This document shows, piece after piece, positions 36,981-49,600 of a stretch of DNA of 64,000 nt. The stretch spans positions 1 to 64,000 of the forward strand of contig JAAPAO010000104.1 of the NCBI GenBank assembly GCA_013115145.1, given 5' to 3'. This stretch comes from Perkinsus chesapeaki ATCC PRA-425. Lineage: Eukaryota > Protista > Perkinsozoa. The stretch's first letter is position 1; each line of letters opens with the position of its first letter. A model generated the notes under the pieces. That model was given only the letters and a program-made list of their open reading frames with translations, had not been told where the DNA came from and ran no database searches. A program made the position numbers and the translations under genes.

Positions 36981-38559
36981 CGCGCCGGACTATCTTCTGA
37001 AATTGTATGTGAGTTACGCGGCAAGTAATTGTATTGATAATACGGCGATCTCTCACGGTATTCAATAGAGGGCGACGTGTACATGCGCGGCGCGAATTCT
37101 ACGGAGTGGCACTAGAGATTGTCAATGAGTGCACTCGACGAGCCTAGTTGCCAACTAGTAGTTGAGCGTAGCTGAGTCGAGAGACTCGAGTCCCGGAAGT
37201 GATTCGCATTTTGGGAGTGATTGTGTTCTGCTACACATGCGCCTGGTTGCGTCAGTGAATTGCGTTAGAAAGAGTAGGATCGCTTGACTCTAGTAACATT
37301 TCTATTCGGTGAAACACAATGATAAAATAGAGGTATTATGCTGGACAATTAACTCACACCCACGGTAGTAGGCGAGCTGCTCACCTTGCTGCATATCTCC
37401 TCCCGCACAGCAGGTGTTTGAAGTAATCGTTGCGTTGGTCAGTGATTAGCTGCACTTCACCGCACATTCATCACTTTACCTCTATGCTCATTGGTATATC
37501 GATATATGATGAATCGTTTGATAAAATTGATTTGTGAGGAGCTAGCGAGCTTTGTTCTATTTTACTGCCTAGCAGTAACTGCTGCGGAAGCCTCTCCATC
37601 GTTAACTGTCGGGCCTGTGCTGACGCTAAGCAGCTTTCTTTTGAGGTAGACCACCACGCACCCTTCCCAGATGGTCACTCTATTCAGTCTCAACATGTCC
37701 TAAGCCACGTGATGATCCTCGTGTTGTCTCAGCTCGAAAGGTCCTGTTGGTACGCATATTCCAGTGAATAGCCTTATACGTAGTCTGAGGCCGTATTGCT
37801 TACCTGCACTTACGGTTTCTACCTTGTGGTTTGGGAAGAGGAGCCAGCTGTCTTCAGCCCTAGGATCTCAGGGTAGTTAGACAGGGCAGTGATCCAGGGG
37901 AGAGGCTTGTCCAACTTGGGCCAAAACACTCTCAGTGCCAGCTGTGTCGGGATCTTGCTAGTTTTAGCTAGAAGTGAGGTAGCTACCTCTGCTGCAGTTC
38001 AACGGTTGGCTCAAAACTGAGTTGTAATGCCGATAGCTCGGCGTCTAAGGCTTAGGCGCACATGGCGGACTCATCGAGTGGGACACCGTAGTTCTCTAAC
38101 CTCTGGGTCGCCTACCCTGCCAAGCTCGCACTTATACAGCATCGTGACTAACATGATGTAGAAAGGCAGCGCACTGGTGTATGTTGAGTCATCATTGAAG
38201 AACGACTGATGCTGAACTCAATGCGCCCAGTGAACATCTGCTCCTCAAAGAGGGGGTGCCTTCGAGGATCAGTTTGACCTGAACCACACAACCCGCTTCA
38301 CGAGTATGAAACAGCAGCACCGGCAGATATACCTCCGCTACCCCTCCCCCTTCTCGGTATTTATGCGTAATAGTAGTTACTTTGTCGAACATCGTGCCCA
38401 CTTTACCGATGTTTTCATGACTCCACTGACCTTAGAGCTGCCTTCCGTTTTTTTGCGCCATGTGTTGCCAGATCCCTCCATGGTGCCCGCGATCTGGCAC
38501 CACAGCGCAAGCACCCGCGCTTGCAAAATTACCTCTTTTCGGTGCCAGTTCTAACCTCC

Positions 38560-39447
38560 ATGGACTTGATCATTGTCATTATTGTCTCGCTCTACAGCGG
38601 GTTGGCTTACGCAGCCAACTCAAATCCTGCTACCTACGCAAGGCCAACCGGGGATTGCTACTATGTATTCAACAAGCTTCATGATTGTACTTGCCCAAAG
38701 GGGACTGAACCAGTCATTACAGACGTGAGATCAGGACCAGCCTTTGTCGGTACTTGCTGAGTCTAGGACTCTGATAGCAGTTTGAGTATGTGCTGCAGGT
38801 TTTGGATAGCTAGAATGATACATTACTAATTGTCATTCACTGTGGCCCTGAAGCATACCCATGAGCCTACCGTCTTATGCATGCTGATAGGAAAACTATC
38901 TACTATGAGTAGAGTATCTGCTAAGAGAGCTCTCTTCGATTAGTGCGTGATTTACGACATGTCCACAATGGCCTTGTTAAATATTATTATGAGGTTCCTG
39001 CATTCGAATAATTCAAATCAAATGGATCGCTTGGAGTGATACTAAGCAGCTTTCGATCTTTCAGGCCAGTCGTATTTGCTCGCCTCCCTGCAAGGCAGAT
39101 CACGATTGCCCTCCAAGCACAGGTGGAGTTGCCATAAGCACGATCTGCTACGCTGGGAAGCATTGCCTACTATCGTGCTACTCGGTGATAGAGAAACACA
39201 CGTTCTTATGGATTCAATGTGTACCCAGTATTTCATCGAATGGATCGTTCACAATAAACCAGAACTCCCAGGAATTGTTTGCTGTGTCATAATAGCGTGC
39301 AGTGTCGATTCCTCTGCTGGCATTCGCGTCGTTTGAGACTTTAAGCGCGTTAAAACTTGAACTCTGTGTCAGATATTCGAGACCTGCCCTGGCGACACCG
39401 TGTGCAAAACAACCAACGTGGGCCGTTTATGTCTGTATCCCTCATAA
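38560..39447 (+). CDS. Small secreted cysteine-rich protein, multi-exon (internal structure uncertain)
   Basis: MDLIIVIIVSLYSGLAYA signal peptide, then GDCYYVFNKLHDCTCPKG. Later Cys-rich frames DHDCPPS..ICYAGKHCLLSC and ETCPGDTVCKTTNVGRLCLYPS*. Confidence 0.5.
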
Positions 39448-40652
39448 TTGCTGTATTTAGCGGTAGCCATGAGTAAACTCGTTCTGTGGTTCGCTGCAAT
39501 TTTGAATGTCACAGAGTAGTAATACCATTAGCGGTTTTTCGCAACGAAACCCCTTTTTATATCACCTCGTCTTGTCGAAGGTTGCCGTACCTGGATATCG
39601 GCTTCAAGTAATATATGAGTAGTGTTATTAAGTAAATTGAGGCTTCAAGTGGTTCGGTGCGACACCCCTTGGTGACTTCTTTATTGTTATTGTTCGCCCT
39701 CTTCGGGCTCGGGCTTAGTGTTCTCTCTGTTTTAGGATCGGTCTTCTGGGCGGGTTTAGCAGTTCCTTTAGCACGCTTCCCTTGGAGCGCGCGTTGCGGT
39801 TCAAGCTTCTCCTCGACGATTTCTCTCGCTTATGTCTCCGATTCCACTGCAGTCTCCACCCGAACGCTGATATCCTCCCTAGGCTACACATTCCGCGTCG
39901 GGGTACCACTAGGGCCAACCTCAGAGACTTGGCTCTTCGCGGCAGTCGTTGAACACTTGAGTGGCTCAGTATTAGGTGACTCCAATACGCCACATTTACT
40001 TCTATGCATAACCGCCACACTGCGCCGACACTTTCACCTGCTTTACTTCATTGCCATCTGTATTTTTCTATTGTGTTACGTTAGCTATTGAGCCAATCAA
40101 CTATCATGTATTGACGCGAACGGAGCAATTCTTTCAATGAGAAAACGTAGTATCGTTGAGCTCAACCGTTGAGCCCAGTGGTATGTTGACTGCATTCATT
40201 TGTAGGTATGTTACCATGCAACTTGAGCAGAGAATGAAAAGCACGAATTGCTAGCGGGCCAGTTGTTGTAGCAATGTTAGCTACACCAGTCCTGACTGTC
40301 TTGAATGGCTTGTCGGCCGCCGATACTTTTGAATTTTCTCGGACAAGATGGCCTTAACTCAACGCCATCGTCTGGTTAGAAAACATCTGCGAACTGCGAT
40401 CCAGCTATTCTTGCCGATGTAACTATGTAGGCCTCATTTTGGACTGTCGAATGACTGCATCAAACATAGCAACACCATCGCTCATTGTCGATCTTAGTCC
40501 AGAGTAGTTAGAGATTAGATTAGAGGTTCAAAAACTCTTGAAAAGAATTTGCGTTCCAAGAATTGTTGCTGGTACTAACCGTGCCATATTTGGAGGTAGA
40601 CGGCGAATATCACTGCTTTCATCGTACATTGGCTGTATTAAGATATCTACCG

Positions 40653-41749
40653 CTACAGCAGGTTGGCAAACCCGATTCTCCTTTGAGTTGGCTGAAACTC
40701 CACGTACCTATCAATAATCACAAAATCCGGCAAAACCCACTCATCTTCCGTAGTCGGAGTGATAGCCACCGTGCAGAATCCCTCGTTGCTGCGAGTATAG
40801 TACTTGCCGGCCACAGTCAGTGTTACAGACCCTCCCCTACCCAAGCCAATTAGTAGCAATGGGAAGAAGGAAATATACGCGCAAGCGAATTCATATGTAC
40901 CAAGTTCGGGATCATAGGTGATTCGGACGGTAGTTCCAGCCTTCTTCGATGCTTGCTTAGATATATCGTTCACGAAACCATCTGCAAATCTCCGAGGGAA
41001 TACCATACCTTGGCCGCCGGTATCGATGAGGATAGGCTTATTAAGTCCAGTTCTTTTGGTTTCACCGCTAACCTGTAAGGTGTCCATGGTGACGAGGTAT
41101 TCTTGTTGGCTTAGCAGGGGCACAAAATAGAGAGGGGACACGTATATCCTCGGATCACCGCCACCGAGTAGAAGCTCCCCCTTCGGAGTCGTGCCAGGTG
41201 ACGATGAGCTTCTGAGGTACATAGCGAAGGTTCGGCTAGCTACTTTTCCTTGTAACTGATCCATGAGGGAACGGTAACCACGGATGATGTTCAGGCCGAG
41301 GCCAATAGAATTCGTCGGTACTGTCAGCGGGATTTGGTTGGTTACCAAACCGAACTGAATGAGGTTGACGGTGCCCAGTGCAAAGGCCAGCTGTCCTTGG
41401 TGCGAGAAGATTTCGACCCTAGTACCATCGGCATAGGTTATAGTAGTTTTTGGACCAACGGTGCAGCCTTGCGGACATTGATAACATCACGTGAAAAGGT
41501 TAGCACATGCTCCACGGTGGGTGGACCGCTCGTACCAGTCTTTCCAAGAGAAGTAGAGAGCGGATGCTCCAGTGTCAATGAGAGCGTGCATCACTTGACC
41601 ATCGACCTTGACAATTCAACCAGAGCTTCTACGTACATAGGGATATATGGCCGTTGTATTCTCATTCTGATCACTTGGCCTACAGTGCCCAAACGCTTAC
41701 TTGCCAGTAGTATGAATATAAATGGAGGAGGGATGAGCCAAAGCATCAT
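40653..41749 (-). pseudogene. Pepsin-like aspartic protease pseudogene, copy 3
   Basis: Collinear with copies 1 and 2 (IDTGASALY, LIDTGGQ, YVEFQPTQRRIGFA). It has a frameshift just before VDGQ and an in-frame TGA (TTC ACG TGA TGT; copy 1 has GGA). Confidence 0.82.
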
Positions 41750-43635
41750 TCAAGAAAATAACCTAAGACTCACAATACAAATTTTGTTCCGTAACACAAA
41801 GAGGTGCTACGTTTGTGAAAGTAGAATCTACTTTCTAGAATCTACTCGGTAGATCATTCGCGGATCGGCTCCACCGGAGCACACTGCGGAGAAGTCAATC
41901 CTCAAAAGTGACTGCTACTCTAACGTGCTCCCTAGGCATCAGCATCTGGTGGTAGTCGGCGGGTGCAGCTTGCGGAGAATTTTTTCTATCTTAACCCTTA
42001 CCTGAAGCCCTTCTGTTACCAAGTATTGTTTGAGCAGGCTGGGAAATCCCCAATAGATTAATAGGTCCTTAAGAAACTAGCGCCAGCACGTTGATCAGGT
42101 TTTTGTAGTGGTTTCGTTCCGAACCTCTTTTTGGCTAGTGGACTCCGTTCCGTAAGAAATGAGAGCTCTGTTCACATTCTGGCATTACATAAATGGTGTG
42201 TAGCACCAGAGTAGGTCTCTATCGAACGTTGAAATGGTCACGGGCGGTGCGCCGCCTACGTTCTCAAGAATTTGAGCTATTAGTGGAATTCAACAGGCTC
42301 TTCCTAGATTACATGCCATCGTGAAATTGGATAGTCTAGATACATACGTCTGCCTTCTCGCAACCGGTGATGGATTGGATTCAGGTAAAATGTGTTGACG
42401 CGAGCAGTCGCTTTTGGCTTATGCGACATTGGCTACGCCGCCCAAGGGGACAATGTAGTGCATTCATGGCTCTATTCGAGGCCCCATCGTAAGTTCTCGA
42501 GTTGGAGCACCTCAAACGCGGGTCTTCGCTAACGCCTCAGGCACTTGGTTATACATTGTTCCCTCGAATATGCCATTCGAGCACTGCTCAGCTCCAGGTC
42601 GTTCCATCGGATAAGTATAGTATTGCGGAAGTTCTTTTCTTCATTTCCCCACTCCTTGTTGCTTCTCCGCTCACTAAAATAGGATGATTCAACGTGACGT
42701 GTGCATGAAATGTAAATAGCTCCAGATCAGCGGTTGCTTATTCAGTTAGTCACAACACAGCTTGCTTACAGGTCTTCATACTGGGCCAAAAGCTATGCCT
42801 TACTCAGAGCATAACGCAAGAAGACCAATCGGTCTCTTGAAGATCTTTGCGCCTTTTTAGAGTCATGACTATGCATTAATGTTCGCAGAAGAACTAAAGG
42901 TACGGTCTGTGCATCTGAGAGAGCTATGTCCCCACTTTCCAATCGTTTGTTGGATTCACGATCTATCGCTGACGATGTGTTCTAGTTCAATGTCAAACTC
43001 GCCTCCCGTGAGACTTCTGCTTTTTGAGACCGATCACATCGAAGAACTACTTTCATATTTCGATCTATTCACCATAGATCATCCGCACATGGTGGTTTTT
43101 GCCAATTTCTATTTGCCAAGTGTGCGCATGTTACAAGATGGGCACTAAATAGGTGCCTCTGTGAAGTGACTACATCCCTCTTATCGCTGTTAATTATGAC
43201 CCTACATTAACACTCTCGAAGATTTCTGCTGGACGGTTTCGTCAGGCAACAATGTGGCTTGTTAAGAATATGCTTTGTGTTGTGCATCCCCTTAACCAAG
43301 CTTACATAGATTGGTTCACCTAGCCAACTTATCCACCCTTTACTAGCAGCTGTTGCGCTCCCTACGATTGGCTCTGGTGAAAGTTAATAGGCATGTCGCA
43401 ACGCGTCCGCTATATGATACAGCGGGCAGAACACAGCTTATATTCTTCGGTATCGCACTCTTCGCACTGCGCTTTCATCGAACTTTTCGCTCGCCAAGAT
43501 TCTTCCCATTGTATCTTGAGATATCGCATAGCATCTACTCCCGGAAACCATGATAAGCGAATATCGCCTCCAAACACTGTCTAATTACAGGTCTTCCCTA
43601 CACACCTCGGCATTAGGGTTCATCTCCATTCTGCC

Positions 43636-46600
43636 ATGTCCAACACACCAGAAGGTCATAAAAATGAGATCGCAGGGTCACCTTCAGCATCGAGACTCCC
43701 ACCAATAGAAGGCAGATCGTCCAGTGACAGCAAAGCCAAGAGAGTGATGCCCATTAATTTGGGAAGAACTACCATACCTTTCTTCAGGTTTACTTTGGCC
43801 TTCCGGAGGGTCTCAGCTCCGATAGCGCGGTTCCTAATATCCGAAGTCCTCTTGTGTCTTCCAGCAGCTGTCGCTTCCTAGGAACCGGGCGGCTCTGGAA
43901 AGTAGGCATCTCACAAGTACTTCCTGCTGACCAGTTACTCAAGGTCCCCGGATCTGAAACTAAGGGAACCTTCAGCGCGTCACGCCGCTCCCACTCTTTG
44001 AGCACGCTTCCGCGCCATCCGAGTAGCAGCCAGCTCGGCGGAGGTCAGCAGTCTCGGCAGTTGCTAAAACGCCGATCCTCCTCCAGTATCCTGGATCTTG
44101 GTATGAACGCGTTGACTAGAACATCCTCGTGCTTTGTGGCGTCTTGGTAGATTCTGAGACGGTCAGGCGACAGGTCGTACCGAAGCACATGAGATATATC
44201 AAGCGCCTCTACTTGGAGCCATTATACTCTAAGACTGGTGGAGGATCTAAGAAGGCCGTTGACATAGATACAGTGAACATACCGCTCACAAGCGTCGAGG
44301 TGCATACGTACTGAGACTTTCTTGGTCACACTGCTATATTCAGCACGCACGCGACGATCATTTAGATGAAGAGACGAAAAGCTATAGAGAAGCTGGAGGA
44401 TTGAGAACAGGTGAACGCTTCCACTGTGCAGTGGGTGGGGAATCTTATGGTCAGGCGATGACGCAATCGCATTCTTCGCCAAGCATGGTGACGACATCCC
44501 CATCAAGTTCATTTACTGCCAGAGAGCTGATACCGGTCGGCACTTCCAGCCGTATGCCATCGAGGTGAGAGGCAATTATATAGCTGCCTGAGTAGCTCGT
44601 AGTTCAGTGCATCCCGGGGCAATTCTCTCAAGCGGAAGGTGCTGGTGACGCACTGGACGTGATAATCTCAAAACTGCCTGAGTAGGCTACTGAGGCAGAT
44701 TCGCTTATTACCTCTTGAAAGATATTTTATCGTCACTCCGTTGGGTATTTCCCACATAAAAAAGGGATGCGACGATTCAACTGAGTTCATCACCAACTCA
44801 GAGTGGATGCGTCAAAGCCGCGCGTAAGTCCTTCAAGCCATTCGTGTGAAGTCCAGCCCACGGCAGATTCAGCACGGTCTCGAAGTTGGGGTTCTTCCGT
44901 AACTATACCAAGAACCGATCCCTTCGATCGTGGCGCGAGAATGCCAAGGCGCAGCGATTTAAGACTGTCCGAGCGAAGTAACGCCTCTACCCAGAAGCCT
45001 TTGTTTGAGCGGCCTACGAATGAACTACTTACCCTTCCAGATTGGCAAGCGGTCTCCTACTCGCGCGGCCTTTACTGGCGCCGACACTCGGGAAAATCAA
45101 CTCTATCTGCAAGGCTGATATACAACAGCACACGAGGCTATTCTATACTCCGCCTAATCGAGGTTAAACACCCGATGAAAGACTATGATCACTTTAAATT
45201 TAGGCTCCGGCGCTCCGACGTATAAAATAGACGACTTCCACAAGCTCCAAGAGTCGCATCGTTACCAAGAATCGGATGCCGGGGCTAAGCTCCTTGAAGC
45301 TGGAAGAGACGACATCGCCGATAGTGTAGAGGCGTTGGTGGATAAGGTATATTGGATGAAACGGTTTTTCTATCCTGCCAATGTTTTTCTATCCTGCCAA
45401 TGTTTGAAGTAGGTAAGTAGCCTCCAGAAGGAGACCGAAGCCGGAGTCATCGACGTCGCTCTACTGGGTGAGTCTTGGAAAGAAAGGACTGCCAAGTCGC
45501 TGGTAAGGACGGACGAGTCGGCGAGGCGCTAGATGGACCTCTGTGCGTCAGGTGCAGCAGAAGAAATTGGCGGAGATCTTGGCCAAGCGGAAGAAACTTG
45601 CGTGCCGAGAGATGACGCTCTTGTGGTTCGCGATCAGACTTGCTGAGCAACAGCTCCGAAGCTCTCTGATTGGTGTTGCTACAGCATCGGTAACAATAAT
45701 ATCTTCTCAGCTCTTGAACAGCGTGATGCTTCGAAAGGTGCGCGAGTTCTCAACCCTCCTTGCTGAAGGCGCTGAGCTCTCCCTCACTGGCTTCACATGC
45801 CTGCTCACGAGCCTCGGTGGCGCACTCGTCAAGCTAGTTGCACCGATCGAGGAAGTACAGGTAGTGTCCCATCTGTCTGGCATGTCAAAGGCAAGAGTCG
45901 ACCACACTCAGGCCAGACCCCTATTTTCTATGACCGTAAGCTTCGACACCTCGGGTGACAGCCGCCAAGATGGCCTTAACTTTAATCCTACCGCGGACGA
46001 CTTCGTTGAGGGGACCGATAAGTTTTGGAAGGGCCTTACGGAAGGGCTGTCTAGGATACCCAATATTCTGTGCACTCGACAGTGGGATCTGCCGCACACC
46101 GGAGATGGCGGCGAATGTCATGTGCCAGTTACGACTCGCTGCCGGCACCAGCAGGCCGCCTGGAGCTCTCTCGATTGAGCGGAACGCCTATTTCGGAGGT
46201 GATACATAACGTTGAAGAATTTGAAGTGTAAGTCGGTGAGATATCGTCTCGTATATTGCTTTGGTGAGATAGGCTGACGAACTACGTGTTCGAGAAGCTC
46301 CTGGGGGATGTGAAGACGGCTATGGCGTACAGCGTCGATCATTTCGTGCCGGCGAGAGATGTCTTTGAGTTCGGTGAGAAATGGAATGAAGAAAAGTGAT
46401 AAGCTAAGCCTGAAATGTTTGTGGAAGTTTGCGCGACAGATACGCCGGAGAGGTCGGAGAAGATTTTGAGCGCATTTCCGAAGATATGAAACTTATGAAG
46501 CATTTCAAGGAGAAGATGATACCAAATATCAAGCTTCATCATGCTGTTGGTGAGAGCCTTGATAAATCATTGATTCCTCAAACGAAAGGCTGCAGGGGCG

Positions 46601-49600
46601 ATTTTGATTGATGGTCAACCAATGCGGTCGTCCCTGGAGCCGGTGCCGCTGAGAGGCTTAGAAGTTATGAAACGAATGCTGAATGACATTGCGAATAGGA
46701 AGGGCAAAGAGGTAGATCGGCAGCTTTGAGAATTTCAACGATTTTGGGGTTGGTTCAGGTGGTGGATAAACTAGAGCGAATTCATCGAACGTTGGACAAC
46801 AAACCTGTGTCTGAGGTTGCCGATGAAGAAGAACCGCCAGCCTCGCTCCCTGTGTACGATATCGCTTGACTGGCTTAGGAAGCAGAAAGTGCTAGCAACT
46901 CTCCTGGAGAGTCTGTCAATATCTCGATACTATTCCACTAGCAAAACCGGCACTGATAGACGAATACGTATGTAGCGGACTGAAAAGAACCTAAAGAGTA
47001 GCTCTACTGCCCAAATTGTAGCATGAGAGTCATTATACTACAGTAGTTTGACGTATGTTGATTGCTTGAATCGTGCAGTAAAGCTTTGATTTAACAAGCT
47101 AAAATGTCGGCGGCGATCTTCACTCGGTTGCTTTGGAGTGTTCCTCCCCTGTCACTAATTGTAGGCTGATAGGTGACCCTCAGTTACACAAAGTATATAA
47201 AGTCTGTGAAGCAAATACAGGAAGGTCTATCGGAGTTGGAGGAGTCCAGTGCGATGGTTACAGAAATGTACACGACACTTCGGAAGTTCGGCGCTCCGGT
47301 AAGGCGGCTGCGATGCTACTGGGGATGAGCACGAGTCATTGTGGTAGATATCGCTTGATGAGCAAATGCAACTGGATAGTATGCAGACTAGGATGGAGGA
47401 GCTGATAGAGAAGAAGTTGATGGAAGGCAGCGTGTGCATCGAGAAGATTCGCGTGGACATGACAAAGGATTGTCTGGACAAATGCGCTACGCTGGAGGAG
47501 GAGCTGGTTAGTGGTTGAAGTGGTTCGCAGGTGGATTGATATGCTATTCAGTGTGTATTGGAGAGCTCGCTGGGAGAGGGTGTGTTTTTGAGCGATGAGC
47601 CGATAGTAGAAGGAACCCATGGAGAGGTGATGAGCGAGCTTGAGAAGATCCAAGAGAAGATACTAAAGGGAGAGGAGCGCGTTAATGTAAGGAGGAAAGA
47701 TTTGCGGAAGCAGCTCTTGACTCGCCTTGCAGACGCTACTGCAGTCTCTGCAGCTGATGAAGGCTCAGAAGTACGATTTCAGCCAGTTGAACAAGCTGAA
47801 GTCGCGGTATGAGCAGCGGCGAGGGATATGGAACACGGTGGTGACTTGGAGGGAACTGACAGATGGCTGGCAAGGCTCAGTCACTCGTTTAGCTGGACTG
47901 AGGTTTTTAGGTTGACATCTCCTTTGAGGGAAGTTGATGTGGAGGAAATGAACAAGACAGTCAGTGGAATGTTTAAGGAGGCGTTTAAGTTGAGCAAGCA
48001 GCTGGAAGGGGATAAAGTGGTGAATAAGATGAAGGCTTTAATTGAGAATTGGAAAGGCAATATGTCGGTAAGAGTTACGTTATAACCCCACCACTGGGGC
48101 TGTGTCTGGCGGCTGCCCGTGCGATTGCTGCATTGGGTGGCTGGCCTTCAGGTTATTCTCGAACTTGGGAATCCTGTTATGCAACAGAGACATTGGGAGA
48201 AGATATGCCAGGCTGTGGGGCTGCCTTTAACAGGCTCCGCTGCTGTCCGTGTCACACTGCGTAGGCTTGAGCCTTGAAAGATTCCAATAAGGTCATTTCA
48301 GAGACATTGGAAAATGAGGATATCTATTCTCATCGAGAAGTTGTTGGGGAAGTATCGGCGGCAGCGAGCGGAGAGCATGCTCTCGAGAAGACCATGGAGA
48401 AGGTGGCAGGAGCCTGGGAGGGGTCGGAGAGCCTGACGAAGTGCATCACCGTCGAATGTGTTTTGGATCAGACTGCAGCTTCCCCTCATGAACCACCGTA
48501 ATTCGAAGTACTTGTGGATCTTGGGTGACGTATCGGACCTCATCACGCTTCTGGAAGATCACGCTGTAACGATTCAAACAGTGTTGGGAAGCCGGTGAGA
48601 AGGAACTAGCTCCTGGGGCTTTTTCCGGGTGTTACTAGGTTTGTCGGTGGAGTCAAAGAACGCGTTGAAGAATGGTCGAAAAAGATTTCTACATCTTCCG
48701 ACGTTCTGGATGAGTGGCTCCAGGTTGGTTGGGTTTTTCAAGTTTTCTATCCGTGCTTGTGGCTCAAATTTTTTGCAATGATAGCACTGCTTTCTCTCCC
48801 TGCCTCCCTTCTTTGGCCGTAATCGAAGGGCCCTTTGTTTTAGGTTCAGAGGAGCTGGATGTATCTCGAGAACATCTTCTCAGCAGAGGACATTCAGAGG
48901 CAGCTGCCGAGCGAGGCAGCGAAGTTCAAGTCCGTCGATAAGTTCTGGACGGAATTGTTCAAGAAAATCCGCCGATCGTTTCCGGGCGCGATGGAAGCCT
49001 TTCACATACCGAACTTGTTGGCTCAGCTCCAAGAGGCAGGGAGATGGCATCTAGAAGGAGATGTTGAAAGTGTGTGTTTAGGCCAACGAGACTTTAGATC
49101 AAGTTCAGAAGTCACTGGAGGACTATCTTGAGACTAAGCGAGCTCTTTTCCCGAGGTTCTATTTCCTATCTAATGACGAGCTGTTATCTATTCTGAGCCA
49201 AACGAGAAACCCACACGCAGTTCAGGTATGTTGGATATCCCATAGTTGATAGAGGAGCGAAGTGTGGTATAGAGACTAGCGTTGTTTTTCGGGTTTTCTA
49301 CTTATCCGGGTTTTCGGGTTTTCTTCTTATCCGGGTTTTCGGGTTTTCTACTTATCCGGGTTTTCGGGTTTTCCATTCCTATCCAGCATTTGGATTCTTA
49401 CTCCTAGAAGTTCTGCAGTTTCTACATTTTCTAGAAGTCAGATGCGATTCTCTTGGAGCATTGAATCTCGCTCCCCGCGACCTACATCGTATCTGTTCGA
49501 GTGGAACAAGTGGTGAGGCGATTGGTACACTGTTGTCCGTACCTATGTCCCGCTGTCATCTGGTTCAAAGAGTGTTTGAATACCTTCTTCTTTCAGGAGC

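Noticed and set aside
37560-38400. Minus-strand coding-like fragments
   Set aside because: Multiple stops and no recognisable family. Probably a decayed remnant that I cannot model.
39657-40091. 144-aa hydrophobic plus-strand ORF as a membrane protein
   Set aside because: Its hydrophobicity mirrors a purine-rich, stop-interrupted Lys/Glu-rich frame on the minus strand. Neither frame is supportable.
41850-43600. Short ORFs between protease copy 3 and the dynein gene
   Set aside because: No motifs, consistent splice pattern or homology visible.
49286-49373. Interstitial telomere
   Set aside because: The unit is 25 nt with GGGTTTTC/CTTATCC parts, not a run of TTTAGGG-type repeats.
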